DNA of 64,000 nucleotides from an uncultured delta proteobacterium (GCA_963696385.1 CAVOKF010000007.1:416001-480000), one strand, 5' to 3'; shown: positions 31,172-43,404, counted from the stretch's first letter. Notes: generated by a model not told the origin, from the letters alone. Numbers and translations: made by a program.

Positions 31172-31601
31172 CCGATCGCCCTCCGAGGGTGTGCTTGAAA
31201 GAGCCCAGTTGTCCATCGGCCGCAGCGTGGATCGCAGCGGGAGATGGCTCTCGTATCATGAAAAGTTCGATTGGGGCCGTATATAAAAATTGCGTGGCCG
31301 GGAAAGACACCCATGTCGTTTCCGCCCTCCCGATAGGGTTTTCCATGATGGCGGCGCGCGTTTTACCTGCTAAGGCCAGCCGCGGCGCGAAGCCGGAGAC
31401 ACTCGTGTTCGCGCAGCCTCTCGCCGCAGCTCCGAGCGGGTTCGAGGGCAACACCTTCGCTCGCAAGCACTTGCACTGCGAGAAGTTAGCGACGCGAGCA
31501 ACATGGCAGCCAGTCGCCCGGGGCCTCTTGATGAGCGGCCCCACGAAGTCCGTGGGCGACAAGCGCGCCGCGGGAAATTTCGACGAGCGGCCCCGACGGG
31601 A

Positions 31602-32114
31602 TCAGTGGACCACGAGCGCGCCCTTGTACATCCCCATCCCGCATTGGAACGTCAACGTGCGAGCGGTATCGGTGGGCACATCGATCGCGACCGATTGATT
31701 GAGCGGCAGCCCCTTCTTGACGTTCAAATCGGGGATGACCACCTCCGTCGCACAGGTCGCGTCGGTCGTTCGCACGAACGTGACGCTCGCCGTCGACCCA
31801 GGCCCGCCCTTGGGCAGTGGCAACGACTTCGGCGAGAATCCTCGCTCGTCGGCCACGACCCGCAGAGCGCCGGTCGATCGCTCGGCACCGGACGGCGATG
31901 ACTCGCAAGCCACAAGGGCACCCATGCACGCGAGGAGAACCCATGTTCGAGCTTTACCGGGTACGTGTGCGACTCGGACGCTTCGCCCACGGCGGGAAAG
32001 CGCGTCTCGAAGGCTCGCCGCGCCGACCCCACCCGTCGCGAATCGGGCCGCGCCGACCGGGAATTCGTGCCGGCCGCTGAACCTGTCGCTGTACGGGTCG
32101 AATGGACTCGTCAC
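31602..32114 (-). CDS. Cupredoxin-domain protein, probable lipoprotein
   Basis: GFSP..., TCATEVVIP, LPLNQSV, FQCGMGMYKG; lipobox LVAC. True start probably downstream of 32114. Confidence 0.8.
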   Translation of the reverse strand: MTSPFDPYSDRFSGRHEFPVGAARFATGGVGAASLRDALSRRGRSVRVAHVPGKARTWVLLACMGALVACESSPSGAERSTGALRVVADERGFSPKSLPLPKGGPGSTASVTFVRTTDATCATEVVIPDLNVKKGLPLNQSVAIDVPTDTARTLTFQCGMGMYKGALVVH

Positions 32115-32485
32115 TTCGGGAGAGAAGTCGCCGGCCTGAGGGAGAGATCAATCGTTTCCCATGGGTGGCCCTTGGACCGTCGGGGGAGCCGGCGCGGACC
32201 CGGCTCGCGCTGTCTGCACGGAAACTCTAGAAGGCCCCGCTCGTGGTGTCGAGTGGGGTCTCCGGGGCGGCACGGCGAGAGGGGCGACCCGTTCGCCGCC
32301 CACGACAGCGTGGCAACGCTCCGCTGCGCTCAGCGCCCGCCTACGCGATCGTCGGCCCTACGCGGACGCGGGACGCCGAGGAGACGCCAGCGGCGGACGT
32401 CGAGGAGCCCCAGGCCCGAGGACGAGTCCAGACCCTCGGGGCATCGGCTCCGCATCGCGACGCGGAGCCTCTGCCCGATCCGCCG

Positions 32486-32857
32486 CTACGGCCCCTTCCC
32501 CGGGTCGAACATCGGGCGCACCTCGGACTCGCCTTCGAACTCCGGCCAGTGCTTGCGGTGGAGCTCCATGAACTCGGTCGCGAGGCGAATCGCCTCGGCC
32601 TTCGAGTCCGTTTCGAGGATCGCCCAGCCGCCGATGACCTCCTTCATCTCGGTGAACGGGCCGTCGGTCACTGTGAGCTTGCCGCCAGCGAGACGGATGC
32701 GAACGCCCTCCTTGCTGGGCAGGAGCCCGCCCGTCTCGACGAGGGTCCCGTCCTTCAATGACTTCTGGACGAACTGGCCCATCGCCTCCATGAGCGCGCG
32801 GGGCGGCCCGGCCTGGCGATACGACTCCGGGTGGCGAATGAACGTCAGGTATTTCAC
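32486..32857 (-). CDS. YciI/DGPF family protein
   Basis: VTDGPFTEMKEVIGGWAIL..S..EAI, EVRPM. GGAGAG RBS. Confidence 0.9.
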   Translation of the reverse strand: MKYLTFIRHPESYRQAGPPRALMEAMGQFVQKSLKDGTLVETGGLLPSKEGVRIRLAGGKLTVTDGPFTEMKEVIGGWAILETDSKAEAIRLATEFMELHRKHWPEFEGESEVRPMFDPGKGP

Positions 32858-32869
32858 GGTTTCTCTCCT

Positions 32870-32965
32870 TCAGGTGCCTCTGCAGGCGCGATCGAGCGTC
32901 GCGATGTCCAGCTTGACCATTTTGAGCATCGCGTCGGTGACCCTCTTCGTGCGGGTCGCAGGCAC
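32870..32965 (-). pseudogene. C-terminal remnant of a PhnB/VOC (3-demethylubiquinone-9 3-methyltransferase-like) gene
   Basis: Minus strand reads KRVTDAMLKMVKLDIATLDRA*, the typical C-terminus of this family. The rest of the gene is absent. Confidence 0.6.
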
Positions 32966-32977
32966 TTTCGATCCAAG

Positions 32978-33004
32978 GACGAACGAGCGGGCACGGAGCC
33001 GACA
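32978..33004 (-). promoter_or_regulatory. ECF42-type promoter candidate
   Basis: TGTCGG-N17-CGTC upstream of the VOC remnant and DGPF gene. Confidence 0.45.
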
Positions 33005-33031
33005 AGCCGCAACGTTTTTCTCGCTGGACCC

Positions 33032-33150
33032 CTACCCCGCCTCCTTGTCTTGCGTAAGCCGGTCGATCTGCAGCCGGATGTGCGCCGCCTCCGTCCGGCG
33101 ACTTCGCGAGGGCGAGCGCGCGATCGAACGCCTCGCGCGCCTCGTCGCGT
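33032..33150 (-). pseudogene. C-terminal remnant of an ECF42-type (TPR-extended) sigma factor
   Basis: RDEAREAFDRALALAKSP / frameshift / EAAHIRLQIDRL...*, next to a DGPF gene. Confidence 0.55.
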
Positions 33151-33459
33151 CAGCGGGCGTGCCCGACGCCGCAAAGAACAAGATCATGCACCGGACCTGC
33201 CCCGCGCACGGCTTCCGACGACTGGACTCCCACCCCGACCCTCGACCGGACCCCGCGACCGCGATCGAGCGGCCATGCACGCGCCTTGTCCGCGGGAAAC
33301 GTTCACGGTCGCGTCGTGAGCGCAAGAAGAGCCGCATACTCGACGCGTTTGCGCGGACCGAAACCGAAAAGCAGATCGAGTGTCCTGCGGATGCGATCAC
33401 GCCTGTGCGAGCGGCCCTGAGGCCGCTCGCGCTCGGTCTTCGACGGCCTGCCCTCGGGC

Positions 33460-35688
<2,229 letters not shown>

Positions 35689-35704
35689 CTACCGCCGCGA
35701 CCAC

Positions 35705-35751
35705 GATACATCCAATTGATTGATTGGATGGTATCGATAGGATGGAACTAT
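35705..35751. promoter_or_regulatory. OxyR operator region between divergent katG and oxyR
   Basis: ATAG-N7-CTAT at 35737-35751 plus an inverted repeat GATACATCCAAT/ATTGGATGGTATC in an AT-rich patch. Confidence 0.7.
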
Positions 35752-35758
35752 GATCGCG

Positions 35759-36778
35759 ATGAGCGCCGCGCCACACCCGTTCACGCTCCGTCAGCTGCAG
35801 TACATCGTCGCCGTCGCGGAGCAGCTGTCTTTTCGACGCGGCGCGGCGGCGTGCCACGTCTCGCAGCCGTCGCTCAGCGCGCAGCTTGCGCAGGTCGAGG
35901 GCTCGCTCGGCGTGCGCCTCTTCGAGAGGGCGCACAAGCGCGTTCTCGTCACGGTGGCCGGTCGTGAATTCGTCGAGCGCGCGAAGCGCCTGATCCTCGA
36001 GGCCGACGAGATCGTGCGGGCCGCGCAGCGCGTCGCCGATCCGCTCTCGGGGACGATTCGGCTCGGCGTCATTCCGACGATTTCTCCGTATCTGCTTCCG
36101 TCGGTCACGCCGGCGCTCCGGCGGAAGCTACCGAAGCTACGCATCGCGTGGGTCGAAGACAAGACGGACGCGCTGGTCCAGAAGCTCGGGTCTGGCGAAA
36201 TCGAAGGCGCGGTCGTGACGCTCGAGGCGGCCATCGGCGACGTCATGCGGGAGATCGTCGCCCCCGATCCGTTCGTCCTCGTCACGCGGCCGGAGCACCC
36301 GCTCGCGGCGAGAAGAGGGCCGGTCACGGAGGCGGAGCTTCGAGGCGAAGAGCTTCTCCTGCTCGACGAGGGGCACTGCTTTCGCGATCAGGCGCTCGAG
36401 GCGTGCGCAACGGCGCGGGTGCGCGAGGGGGAATTTCGCGCGACGAGCCTCTCGACGCTGGTGCAGATGGTCCTCGGAGGAGCGGGGATCACCTTGATCC
36501 CCGCGCTCGCGGTCGACGCCGAGGCGCGGCGCGCACGTCTCCACGTTCGCCCGCTCGCCGGTCGTGCTGCCCATCGGACCATCGCGGTGATTTGGCGCAA
36601 GGGATCGGCGCTCGAACCGGCGCTGCGAGAGATCGCGGCGGTGCTGCGCGCGGCATACCCGACTGCGGGGCCAAGCCGAGGCGTGCCCGCGCGACGCGCG
36701 CGACGGGGAGTGCGGTCTGGAGGCGCTCGCCAGCCGAGTGGCGGGAAAAGAGTGACGAGCGACGCTGGGAACCAATGA
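35759..36778 (+). CDS. oxyR: Hydrogen peroxide-inducible LysR regulator OxyR
   Basis: TLRQLQYIVAVA..SF..AA..CHVSQPSLS; LLLDEGHCFRDQALEAC (both redox Cys); RATSLSTLVQMV. Divergent from katG. Confidence 0.92.
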   Translation: MSAAPHPFTLRQLQYIVAVAEQLSFRRGAAACHVSQPSLSAQLAQVEGSLGVRLFERAHKRVLVTVAGREFVERAKRLILEADEIVRAAQRVADPLSGTIRLGVIPTISPYLLPSVTPALRRKLPKLRIAWVEDKTDALVQKLGSGEIEGAVVTLEAAIGDVMREIVAPDPFVLVTRPEHPLAARRGPVTEAELRGEELLLLDEGHCFRDQALEACATARVREGEFRATSLSTLVQMVLGGAGITLIPALAVDAEARRARLHVRPLAGRAAHRTIAVIWRKGSALEPALREIAAVLRAAYPTAGPSRGVPARRARRGVRSGGARQPSGGKRVTSDAGNQ

Positions 36779-36801
36779 CAGGGGCCGCCATTATCCCAAC
36801 T

Positions 36802-37350
36802 ATGAAACCGATCCTGCGATTCCGCGACTTCCTGCTCAACCCTCCGCTCACGGCTCCTCGGTCCACCCTCTTCATGCGCCTGATGGCGGGAGGCGTCTTC
36901 CTTTCCGAAGGCATCCTCAAGTTCGTCTATCCGAACCAGGGAGTCGGGCGCTTCACCAAGCTCGGCATTCCGATGCCCGGGTTCACGGCCACCTTCATCG
37001 GCGGTTTCGAGATCGTCGGCGGCATCCTCCTCATCGCAGGCCTCCTCACGCGCGTCATCGCGATTCCGTTCATCGTCGAGATGGTGGTCGCCATCCTCAC
37101 GACGAAGATTGGGCTCTATCTCGGAACGTCCCCGCTGCCGCTCCCGCCCGCGCCGCCCAAGATGGGCTTCTGGGCGGTGATGCACGAGACGCGCTCCGAC
37201 TACGCCCAGATTCTCACCTCGATCTTCCTGCTCGTCGTGGGTCCCGGCTCCTGGTCGCTCGACGCCCTGCTGCGCCGTCGCCGCGAGGCGCGGATCGCTC
37301 CGCAGCCCTCCGAAGAGCGCCCACTGCCTCAAGCCGACGCTGGCGTTTGA
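36802..37350 (+). CDS. DoxX family membrane protein
   Basis: RLMAGGVFLSEGILKF, FEIVGGILLIAGLLTR, GPGSWSLD. Confidence 0.88.
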   Translation: MKPILRFRDFLLNPPLTAPRSTLFMRLMAGGVFLSEGILKFVYPNQGVGRFTKLGIPMPGFTATFIGGFEIVGGILLIAGLLTRVIAIPFIVEMVVAILTTKIGLYLGTSPLPLPPAPPKMGFWAVMHETRSDYAQILTSIFLLVVGPGSWSLDALLRRRREARIAPQPSEERPLPQADAGV

Positions 37351-37460
37351 TGTTCGCGCGCCCCGGCGCCTGGAGGGATGGCAAGGTGGTATCCTGAAGG
37401 CCCGTCAAGCACGACGTTGCAGTCATCGAGCCTCGGCCGAAACCTGCGAGGAGATACCTC

Positions 37461-38420
37461 ATGAAAACGATGAAGGCCCTTCGTTTCGAAAAATACGGGC
37501 CGCCCTCTGTTCTCACGCTTCAAGAACTCGGAGTGCCCGATCTACGTCCCGGTCAAGCGCTGGTCGAGGTGCACGCCTCGGCGGTCAATCCGAGCGACGT
37601 AAAAAACGTCGCGGGAGCGTTCCACTCTCCGTTGGCGCGCGTGCCGGGGCGCGACTATGCGGGGGTGGTTGCCATCGGCGAGGGGTGGACGGGCAAGGAC
37701 GTCTGGGGAACTGGCCCGGGGCTGGGCGCGACCCGAGACGGAACGCACGCCCAATACGTGATCGTGGACTTGGATTCGCTCTCCGAGAAACCGGCACAGC
37801 TTTCGATGTCCGAAGCGGCTGCCGTCGGCATTCCGTTTCTCACCGCATGGGCGTCGCTGGTCGACGTTGCCCAGATCCAAGCCGGAGAAACTCTCTTGGT
37901 CACCGGCGCGGCGGGAGCGGTCGGCCAAGCGGCCATCCAAATTGCGCATTGGAAGGGAGTGCGAGTGATGGGTGCCGATATCTCGGACAACCCGTCCGAC
38001 GCAGACGCCTACGTCAACGCGAAAAGCAAGGATCTGACCGTCGAAGCCAGAGCGTGGACGACGGGACAGGGCGTCGACCTCGTGCTCGACTGCGTCGGAG
38101 GCCCCATGTTCGAGTCGTGCGTGAAGTCGCTGCGGACGGGCGGTCGCCAAGTGGCCATCACGAGCGTGGGGGATGGACGAGTCGCCTTCAACCTAAAGGA
38201 CTTCTATCATAATCGCCTGCACTTGATCGGGGTCGACTCCATGGCGTTCACCGGCCCGCAGATCGCGACGATCATGAACAGCCTGCGGGCGGGCTTCGAG
38301 GCCCGTCATTTGCGGCCGCCGTCCGTTCAGACCTGGTCCTTGGAGCGGGCTGTCGACGCCTATGCGGCGGTGCAGGCGGGAACGTCCGGCAAGAAGCATG
38401 TCCTTGTACCCACGCTCTAA
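37461..38420 (+). CDS. MDR-family NADPH:quinone oxidoreductase-like protein
   Basis: ASAVNPSD, PGRDYAGVV, LLVTGAAGAVG, GVDLVLDCVGG. Confidence 0.9.
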   Translation: MKTMKALRFEKYGPPSVLTLQELGVPDLRPGQALVEVHASAVNPSDVKNVAGAFHSPLARVPGRDYAGVVAIGEGWTGKDVWGTGPGLGATRDGTHAQYVIVDLDSLSEKPAQLSMSEAAAVGIPFLTAWASLVDVAQIQAGETLLVTGAAGAVGQAAIQIAHWKGVRVMGADISDNPSDADAYVNAKSKDLTVEARAWTTGQGVDLVLDCVGGPMFESCVKSLRTGGRQVAITSVGDGRVAFNLKDFYHNRLHLIGVDSMAFTGPQIATIMNSLRAGFEARHLRPPSVQTWSLERAVDAYAAVQAGTSGKKHVLVPTL

Positions 38421-38587
38421 GTACACCGCCCCAGAAACAAAGGGATCAGCCGGGCGGTGTACTTTCAATCGCCGGGAGGCGATTGGGGGTTTGGGGCGAA
38501 GCCCCAAGGAAGTCAGCTCAGTACAGCGCCAGCCAGCAACGCAGGCGTCAGCGCAGCTGGGTACCGCTCAACGGGGCGCTGTACTAA
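38418..38587. mobile_element. MITE/REP-like palindromic element
   Basis: TAA-GTACACCGCCCC ... GGGGCGCTGTAC-TAA: 11/12 terminal IR with flanking TAA duplication and four internal hairpins. Confidence 0.5.
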
Positions 38588-38608
38588 GTCATAAGCCGAG
38601 GAGGGCGC

Positions 38609-38866
38609 GTGATCGTAAAAATTCTCTGTGGAGTCGCTGTCGGTGTCCTGATCGGCATTGGATGCCGCTTCTTCGAGATCCCGCTTCCAGGGCCGCCCGC
38701 AATCCTAGGCGCGTTTCTAGCCGTCGCCATGGCGACCGGTTACACCGTGACGGACAAGGTCCTCTCGGCGAGGACGCGAGCCCGCGCCACGCTGGACCCT
38801 CTGCACGAATCGAACCTCGAAGCGCCAAGGGACTCTACGGAGGATTCCCCGCTGCGCGGCAGATGA
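38609..38866 (+). CDS. DUF1427/XapX-domain small membrane protein
   Basis: GVLIGIGCRFFEIPLPGPPAILGA..VAMATGY. Confidence 0.8.
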   Translation: MIVKILCGVAVGVLIGIGCRFFEIPLPGPPAILGAFLAVAMATGYTVTDKVLSARTRARATLDPLHESNLEAPRDSTEDSPLRGR

Positions 38867-39002
38867 CAGTCCTCATCCCGATTTAGCCTAGTCCTCGACC
38901 CGTTGCGCGCAGCTCGTCATCGCCGCAGCCGACCGACCCAGTCACCTCTGCTCGCTGCAAGCGATGTGGGTGAGAAGCTCGCGGTCGGAAAACGGTCGGC
39001 CC

Positions 39003-40181
39003 TCAGATCGGGTAGCTCTCAAGCTCGATCCCGCGCGCGGCGCGCGTCGTCAGCACGTGGAGAATGCGCTCGAAAGGAGGCGACGCGAGTAGGCCATACA
39101 TCTCGTTTCGCATCCATCGCTGGGCGCGCGTAGGGGGGGCGTAGAAGGGGCCGACGTGCTTGACGCCGTTTTGGCACTTCGTGGCGTAGGGACGAAGTCG
39201 CTGCTCGTAGCGACGGAACGCGACCGCGTGGTCCTCCGCGGAAGCGAGCTCGCCGGCCAGAACGTAGGCGCCGACCACGGCGAGCCCCGTCCCTTGCCCG
39301 CCGATCGTCCCTCCATACGCCGCATCGCCGAGGAGCGCGATTCGCCCCGATGAATAGCGAGGAAGCTCGGCGCATGCGATCTCGTCGAAGTAGAGGTCCT
39401 TGGCCGCCGCGAGCGCCTCGAGCAAGCGGGGGACCTCCCAGCCGTCGCGCGCGAAGGTCTTCGCGACGATCGCCTTCTGCGCGGCCACGTCGCGACGGTC
39501 GTATTCGAGAGCGGGAGATCGAAATACGAACGTGGCGCGCGCCGGATCCGACGCGCCGGCGCTCGAGAGCGAGACGCCTCTGCCCGGCTGACTGTAGATG
39601 ATCCCTTCTCGGTCGAGGCCAAGCAGGTTCGGCGCCGTGAACCCGGCGACGTAGTGTCCACGAAAGCGAAGAAACTGCGCGTCGGGCCCGAACGCCAACG
39701 CGCGCACGATGGAGTGAAGACCGTCGGCGCCGACTACGAGGTCGAACGAGCGCGGGGCAGCGCGCTCGAAGCCGACATCGACGCGATCGGGTCGCTCGTG
39801 CAGCGCGGCGATCGAATCGCCGAACAGATACTCTGCGCGGTGTTCGGTCGCCTCGAAGAGCACGCGCACGAGATCCCCGCGCGCGATCTCGAGGTCGCCG
39901 CTCATGAACGACGCCGGCAAGCGCGCGACCACCTTGCCACGCTCGTCGACAAACGACTGCCCGCCCATCCGCGTCTCACGCTTCCTCAGCTCCGCGAGAA
40001 TGGCCATTCGCTCGATGACGGACATGTGAACCGCGCCACGGAAGTCGACCGCCTGGCCGCCGTCCCGGAGCGAGGGCGCACGCTCGACGACCGTGACTCG
40101 AATCCCCAGGCGAAGCAGCCACCACGCGAGCGCGGGACCGGCGATGCCGGCACCCGAGATCAGGACACTGTCGATCTTCAT
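39003..40181 (-). CDS. FAD-dependent monooxygenase
   Basis: VLISGAGIAGPALA, LRDGGQAVDFRG, DLVVGADGLHS, RIALLGDAAY, GQGTGLA. Confidence 0.92.
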   Translation of the reverse strand: MKIDSVLISGAGIAGPALAWWLLRLGIRVTVVERAPSLRDGGQAVDFRGAVHMSVIERMAILAELRKRETRMGGQSFVDERGKVVARLPASFMSGDLEIARGDLVRVLFEATEHRAEYLFGDSIAALHERPDRVDVGFERAAPRSFDLVVGADGLHSIVRALAFGPDAQFLRFRGHYVAGFTAPNLLGLDREGIIYSQPGRGVSLSSAGASDPARATFVFRSPALEYDRRDVAAQKAIVAKTFARDGWEVPRLLEALAAAKDLYFDEIACAELPRYSSGRIALLGDAAYGGTIGGQGTGLAVVGAYVLAGELASAEDHAVAFRRYEQRLRPYATKCQNGVKHVGPFYAPPTRAQRWMRNEMYGLLASPPFERILHVLTTRAARGIELESYPI

Positions 40182-40370
40182 CGTTGTTCTCCCGACGACC
40201 GCTGGTTCTTGGCCGTCGCGAGTACACTGTACGCATAGGTCGAGCCGATCAAGGCCGCCTCGCGACGAACGTACCGATTCTGTACTACGGCAGATTGGCG
40301 CGAATCCCACTCGAATGGCCGCCTCGGCTCCTGAACGCCGCGCTCGCTCCGCTTGCACGTCAGACGGCCA

Positions 40371-40386
40371 TCTGTACTAGTACAGA
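40371..40386. promoter_or_regulatory. Perfect 16-bp palindromic operator
   Basis: TCTGTACTAGTACAGA, ending 1 nt before the regulator ATG. Related GTAC motifs occur at 40220-40290. Confidence 0.7.
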
Positions 40387-40387
40387 G

Positions 40388-41329
40388 ATGCCCGCCCCCG
40401 AGCGAGAGCCCGCCTACCTCCGCATCGCTTCCGACCTCCGCCGACGGATCCGCGACGGGTCGCTCCGCCCGGGACAGCGCGTTCCCTCGACGCGACGACT
40501 GGCCAAGTCCTGGAAGGTCGCGCTCGCAACCGCGAGCAAAGCGCTCGGACTGCTGGTCCAGGAGGGGCTCCTGCGGACCGCGCCGCGGGTCGGCAATGTC
40601 GTCACGGGTCCGGCGCTACGCGAGACCCGCGAGGGATCGAAGAACAGCCGGCCGCTGACGCGCGCGAGCATCGTCCAGGCCGCCATCGAGATGGCCGACC
40701 AGGAGGGGCTGAGCGCGCTCTCGATGCGTGGGGTGGCCGCGAAGATGGGGTGGCCGGTGACGTCGCTCTATCGGCACGTCGCGAAGAAAGAGGAGCTCTT
40801 GCATCTGATGGTCGACGCCGCGATGCGCGAGGAGCTCCACCCCCCGCCCCACGGGGACTGGCGCGCGCGGGTCCAGGTCGGGGCGCGCCTCGTCTGGCAG
40901 CTCGCCCGACGCCACCCTTGGTCCATACGGGTCATGACCCTCACGCGCCCGATCCCGAGCCCAGTCTCGCTCACCCATGCGGAGTGGATGCTCTCGGCCC
41001 TACGCGAAGCCGGCGCGGACGCCGTCACAGCCATGCAAATGCACGTGACGCTGTACGCCTACGTCCAGGGCCTCGCGACGAACCTCGAAAGCGAGGCCGA
41101 AGCGCAGGGCGAGACGGGCGTCGATGAAGAAGGCTGGATGCAATCGCGTGGACTGGAGTTCGCCGCGCTCGCGGCAACGGGGGCGTTTCCGACCTTCGCG
41201 CGGATCCTGGGGGAGCTCAGCGGGGGCTTCGATCTTGACCTCGATCGCCTCTTCGAGTTCGGGCTCGGCCTTCTCCTCGACGGTTTCGCGCGCGCGATGG
41301 CAAGCGGGACCCAGCCCGATCCACAGTGA
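40388..41329 (+). CDS. GntR-TetR fusion transcriptional regulator
   Basis: GntR wHTH (YLRIASDLRRRIRDGSLRPGQRVPSTR) followed by a TetR HTH (LSMRGVAAKMG..SLYRHV..KEEL) and TetR_C (FEFGLGLLLDG). Confidence 0.9.
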   Translation: MPAPEREPAYLRIASDLRRRIRDGSLRPGQRVPSTRRLAKSWKVALATASKALGLLVQEGLLRTAPRVGNVVTGPALRETREGSKNSRPLTRASIVQAAIEMADQEGLSALSMRGVAAKMGWPVTSLYRHVAKKEELLHLMVDAAMREELHPPPHGDWRARVQVGARLVWQLARRHPWSIRVMTLTRPIPSPVSLTHAEWMLSALREAGADAVTAMQMHVTLYAYVQGLATNLESEAEAQGETGVDEEGWMQSRGLEFAALAATGAFPTFARILGELSGGFDLDLDRLFEFGLGLLLDGFARAMASGTQPDPQ

Positions 41330-41407
41330 CCGTGCTCGCAGCACGGTTACAGCCGTGCGAGCAGCGGGCGTACCCAGGCCTCTGATCGTGGGGGCCCCTT
41401 TTCGACC

Positions 41408-42406
41408 TCAGCGCGGTTGCTGCGCGAAGAATCGCCAGATCTCCGCCGGACCGTCGAAGTCACGATCGGTTCGACCCAGAATGCGCGGATAGCGGATGAA
41501 GCGCTGCGGCACGACGTGGCCGCCCCCGTGAATGGTGTCGAGCACGACCTGCTTGGCGCCCGGCGCGCCCCACGTCAAACGTTCTACCCAGAGCGAGGCG
41601 TCTCCGCCCGGGAGTCGCTCGACCACGGGGTCCGTCGCGAGCCCCCCCAGCTTGGCAAAATAGAGCGCGGTGTCGACGGACGACAGCACATAACCGCGGT
41701 CGGCGAAACCGAAGATGGTCTCGTGGCCGCCACCGTAGGGATCGATCGGATCGTCGGTGCCGTTCATGACCAGCACGGGGATCGCCTTTCCGTTCTCCCG
41801 GCAATCGTTGTTTTCGGGGACCGGCAGGCTTGCGCTGATCGGAGCGACGCCGGCGACCTCCCCGGCCATCTCCAGGGCAATCCGATAGCACATGGACCCG
41901 CCGTTGGAGTGGCCGGTCGCGAAGACGCGTCCGGAGTCGACGCCGAGCCGGGCGCGGAGCTTCGAGACGATCGCGCGAACAAAGCCGACATCGTCGATGT
42001 TCAGCGTACGCGCCGAGAACGACGCCGCCTTGCGGCAGTCGTTCCAATGGTGCTCGTAGCCATCGGGGTAGGCCACGACAAACCCGTTGGCGTCTGCGAC
42101 GCGATCGAAGGCGTAACCGGTCTGGCCGCGCAGTTGCTCACCGGTGCCGCCCGAACCGTGGAAAGCGATGAGGAGCGGCGGGGCGGGGGGCAAGGAGGCG
42201 GGAGCGTAATAGGCAAACGTTCGATCGCGGTCGCCGACACGCAACGTGTCGCGGGCCAAAGAGCCCGTCAGGGCAGGAGCAGGCGTTCGCGGTACATAGA
42301 GGTAACGATGATAGGCCACGGCGAGCAGCACGCCCACGAAGGCGAGGACACGCAGGAATCGAGGCAAGCGTCTGGCTCTCCTCGAGGCGAACGATGGCGC
42401 GAACAC
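41408..42406 (-). CDS. LpqC/PHB-depolymerase-like esterase
   Basis: LLIAFHGSGG, FVVAYPDG, DDVGFV, nucleophile motif GHSNGG, NGTDDP, GGGH. Start uncertain. Confidence 0.85.
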   Translation of the reverse strand: MFAPSFASRRARRLPRFLRVLAFVGVLLAVAYHRYLYVPRTPAPALTGSLARDTLRVGDRDRTFAYYAPASLPPAPPLLIAFHGSGGTGEQLRGQTGYAFDRVADANGFVVAYPDGYEHHWNDCRKAASFSARTLNIDDVGFVRAIVSKLRARLGVDSGRVFATGHSNGGSMCYRIALEMAGEVAGVAPISASLPVPENNDCRENGKAIPVLVMNGTDDPIDPYGGGHETIFGFADRGYVLSSVDTALYFAKLGGLATDPVVERLPGGDASLWVERLTWGAPGAKQVVLDTIHGGGHVVPQRFIRYPRILGRTDRDFDGPAEIWRFFAQQPR

Positions 42407-42590
42407 GCAGGCTTCAACGTATCTCGTCTTGAACCGCGCGGGGTCGTTGCTGAACAACCTGGTCGCCCATCGGCTCCGCTCTGGCTATTGGACTCGGCAT
42501 CCGGTGCCCCGAGAGCGGCTGCTTTTTCCGCACAGTACGCCATTTTCGTGCGTTGGTTTCGACATCACGCCGCGTTAGAGTCCCGTGCGT

Positions 42591-43404
42591 ATGACGCTCG
42601 ACCTGGCGGCTTACTTCAGCCGTATCGGTTACCGAGGACCGCGCGCGCCGACCATCGAGGTCCTGAACGCCCTCACCTCGGCGCACGCCCAGGCCATCCC
42701 GTTCGAGAACCTCGACGTGCTCCTCGGACGCGGGATCGACCTCGCGCCCGAGGCAGTCTTCGACAAGATCGTCCGCCGACGACGAGGCGGCTATTGCTTC
42801 GAGCACAACGGGCTCTTTCTCGAGGTCCTCACCGCGCTCGGATTTGCCGTGCGCCCCCTGAGTGCGCGCGGACGCATCCTGCCTGCGCGCGACCAGACCC
42901 CGCCGCGCACGCACGTGCTCCTGGAGGTGCAGGTTGGCGGCGAGCGCTGGCTGACGGACGTCGGCGTGGGAGCCTTGTCGCTCACCTCCGCCATTCGCTT
43001 CGCGATCGACGAAGAGCAGCGTACGCCACACGAGCCGCGTCGGATCATCCGCGAGGCCGAACACTGGCTGCACCAGGCGCGCCTCGGCGACACGTGGACG
43101 GATGTCTACGAGTTCACCGGCGAGGAGATGCCGCTCATCGACCGTGAGGTCGGCAACTGGTACACGAGCGCACACCCGCGGTCTCACTTCCGAAACCTCC
43201 TCCTTGTGGCGCGCGCCGCCTCTGACGGCGGCCGCGTCACCCTGCGCGACGGGGAACTGAAGCGACGCGGTCGCGACGGCCGCGCCGAGACGCGGATTAT
43301 CGACTCACCTGAGGAGCTGCTCGCTGTCCTGAGAGCTGAGTTCGAATCTCGCGTTCCCGCCGGGAACCCGTTTCGGCGGGACCGGAGTGCCATCGCCCGT
43401 GTGA
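42591..43404 (+). CDS. nat: Arylamine N-acetyltransferase (apparent +1 frameshift near 43346)
   Basis: IPFENLD, RRGGYCFEHN, catalytic H (RTHVLL) and D (LTDVGVG). A natural C-terminus LAFPPGTRF..* lies in the +1 frame. Confidence 0.88.

Noticed and set aside
31189..31600. ORFs 31189-31698 (+) and 30861-31562 (-)
   Set aside because: No recognisable motifs and they overlap real genes. Probably the regulatory region of the lactonase gene; no convincing RNA motif seen.
32160..32485. Possible further gene remnant (PEGL..GLGLLDV) downstream of the DGPF gene
   Set aside because: Similarity too short and ambiguous to assign.
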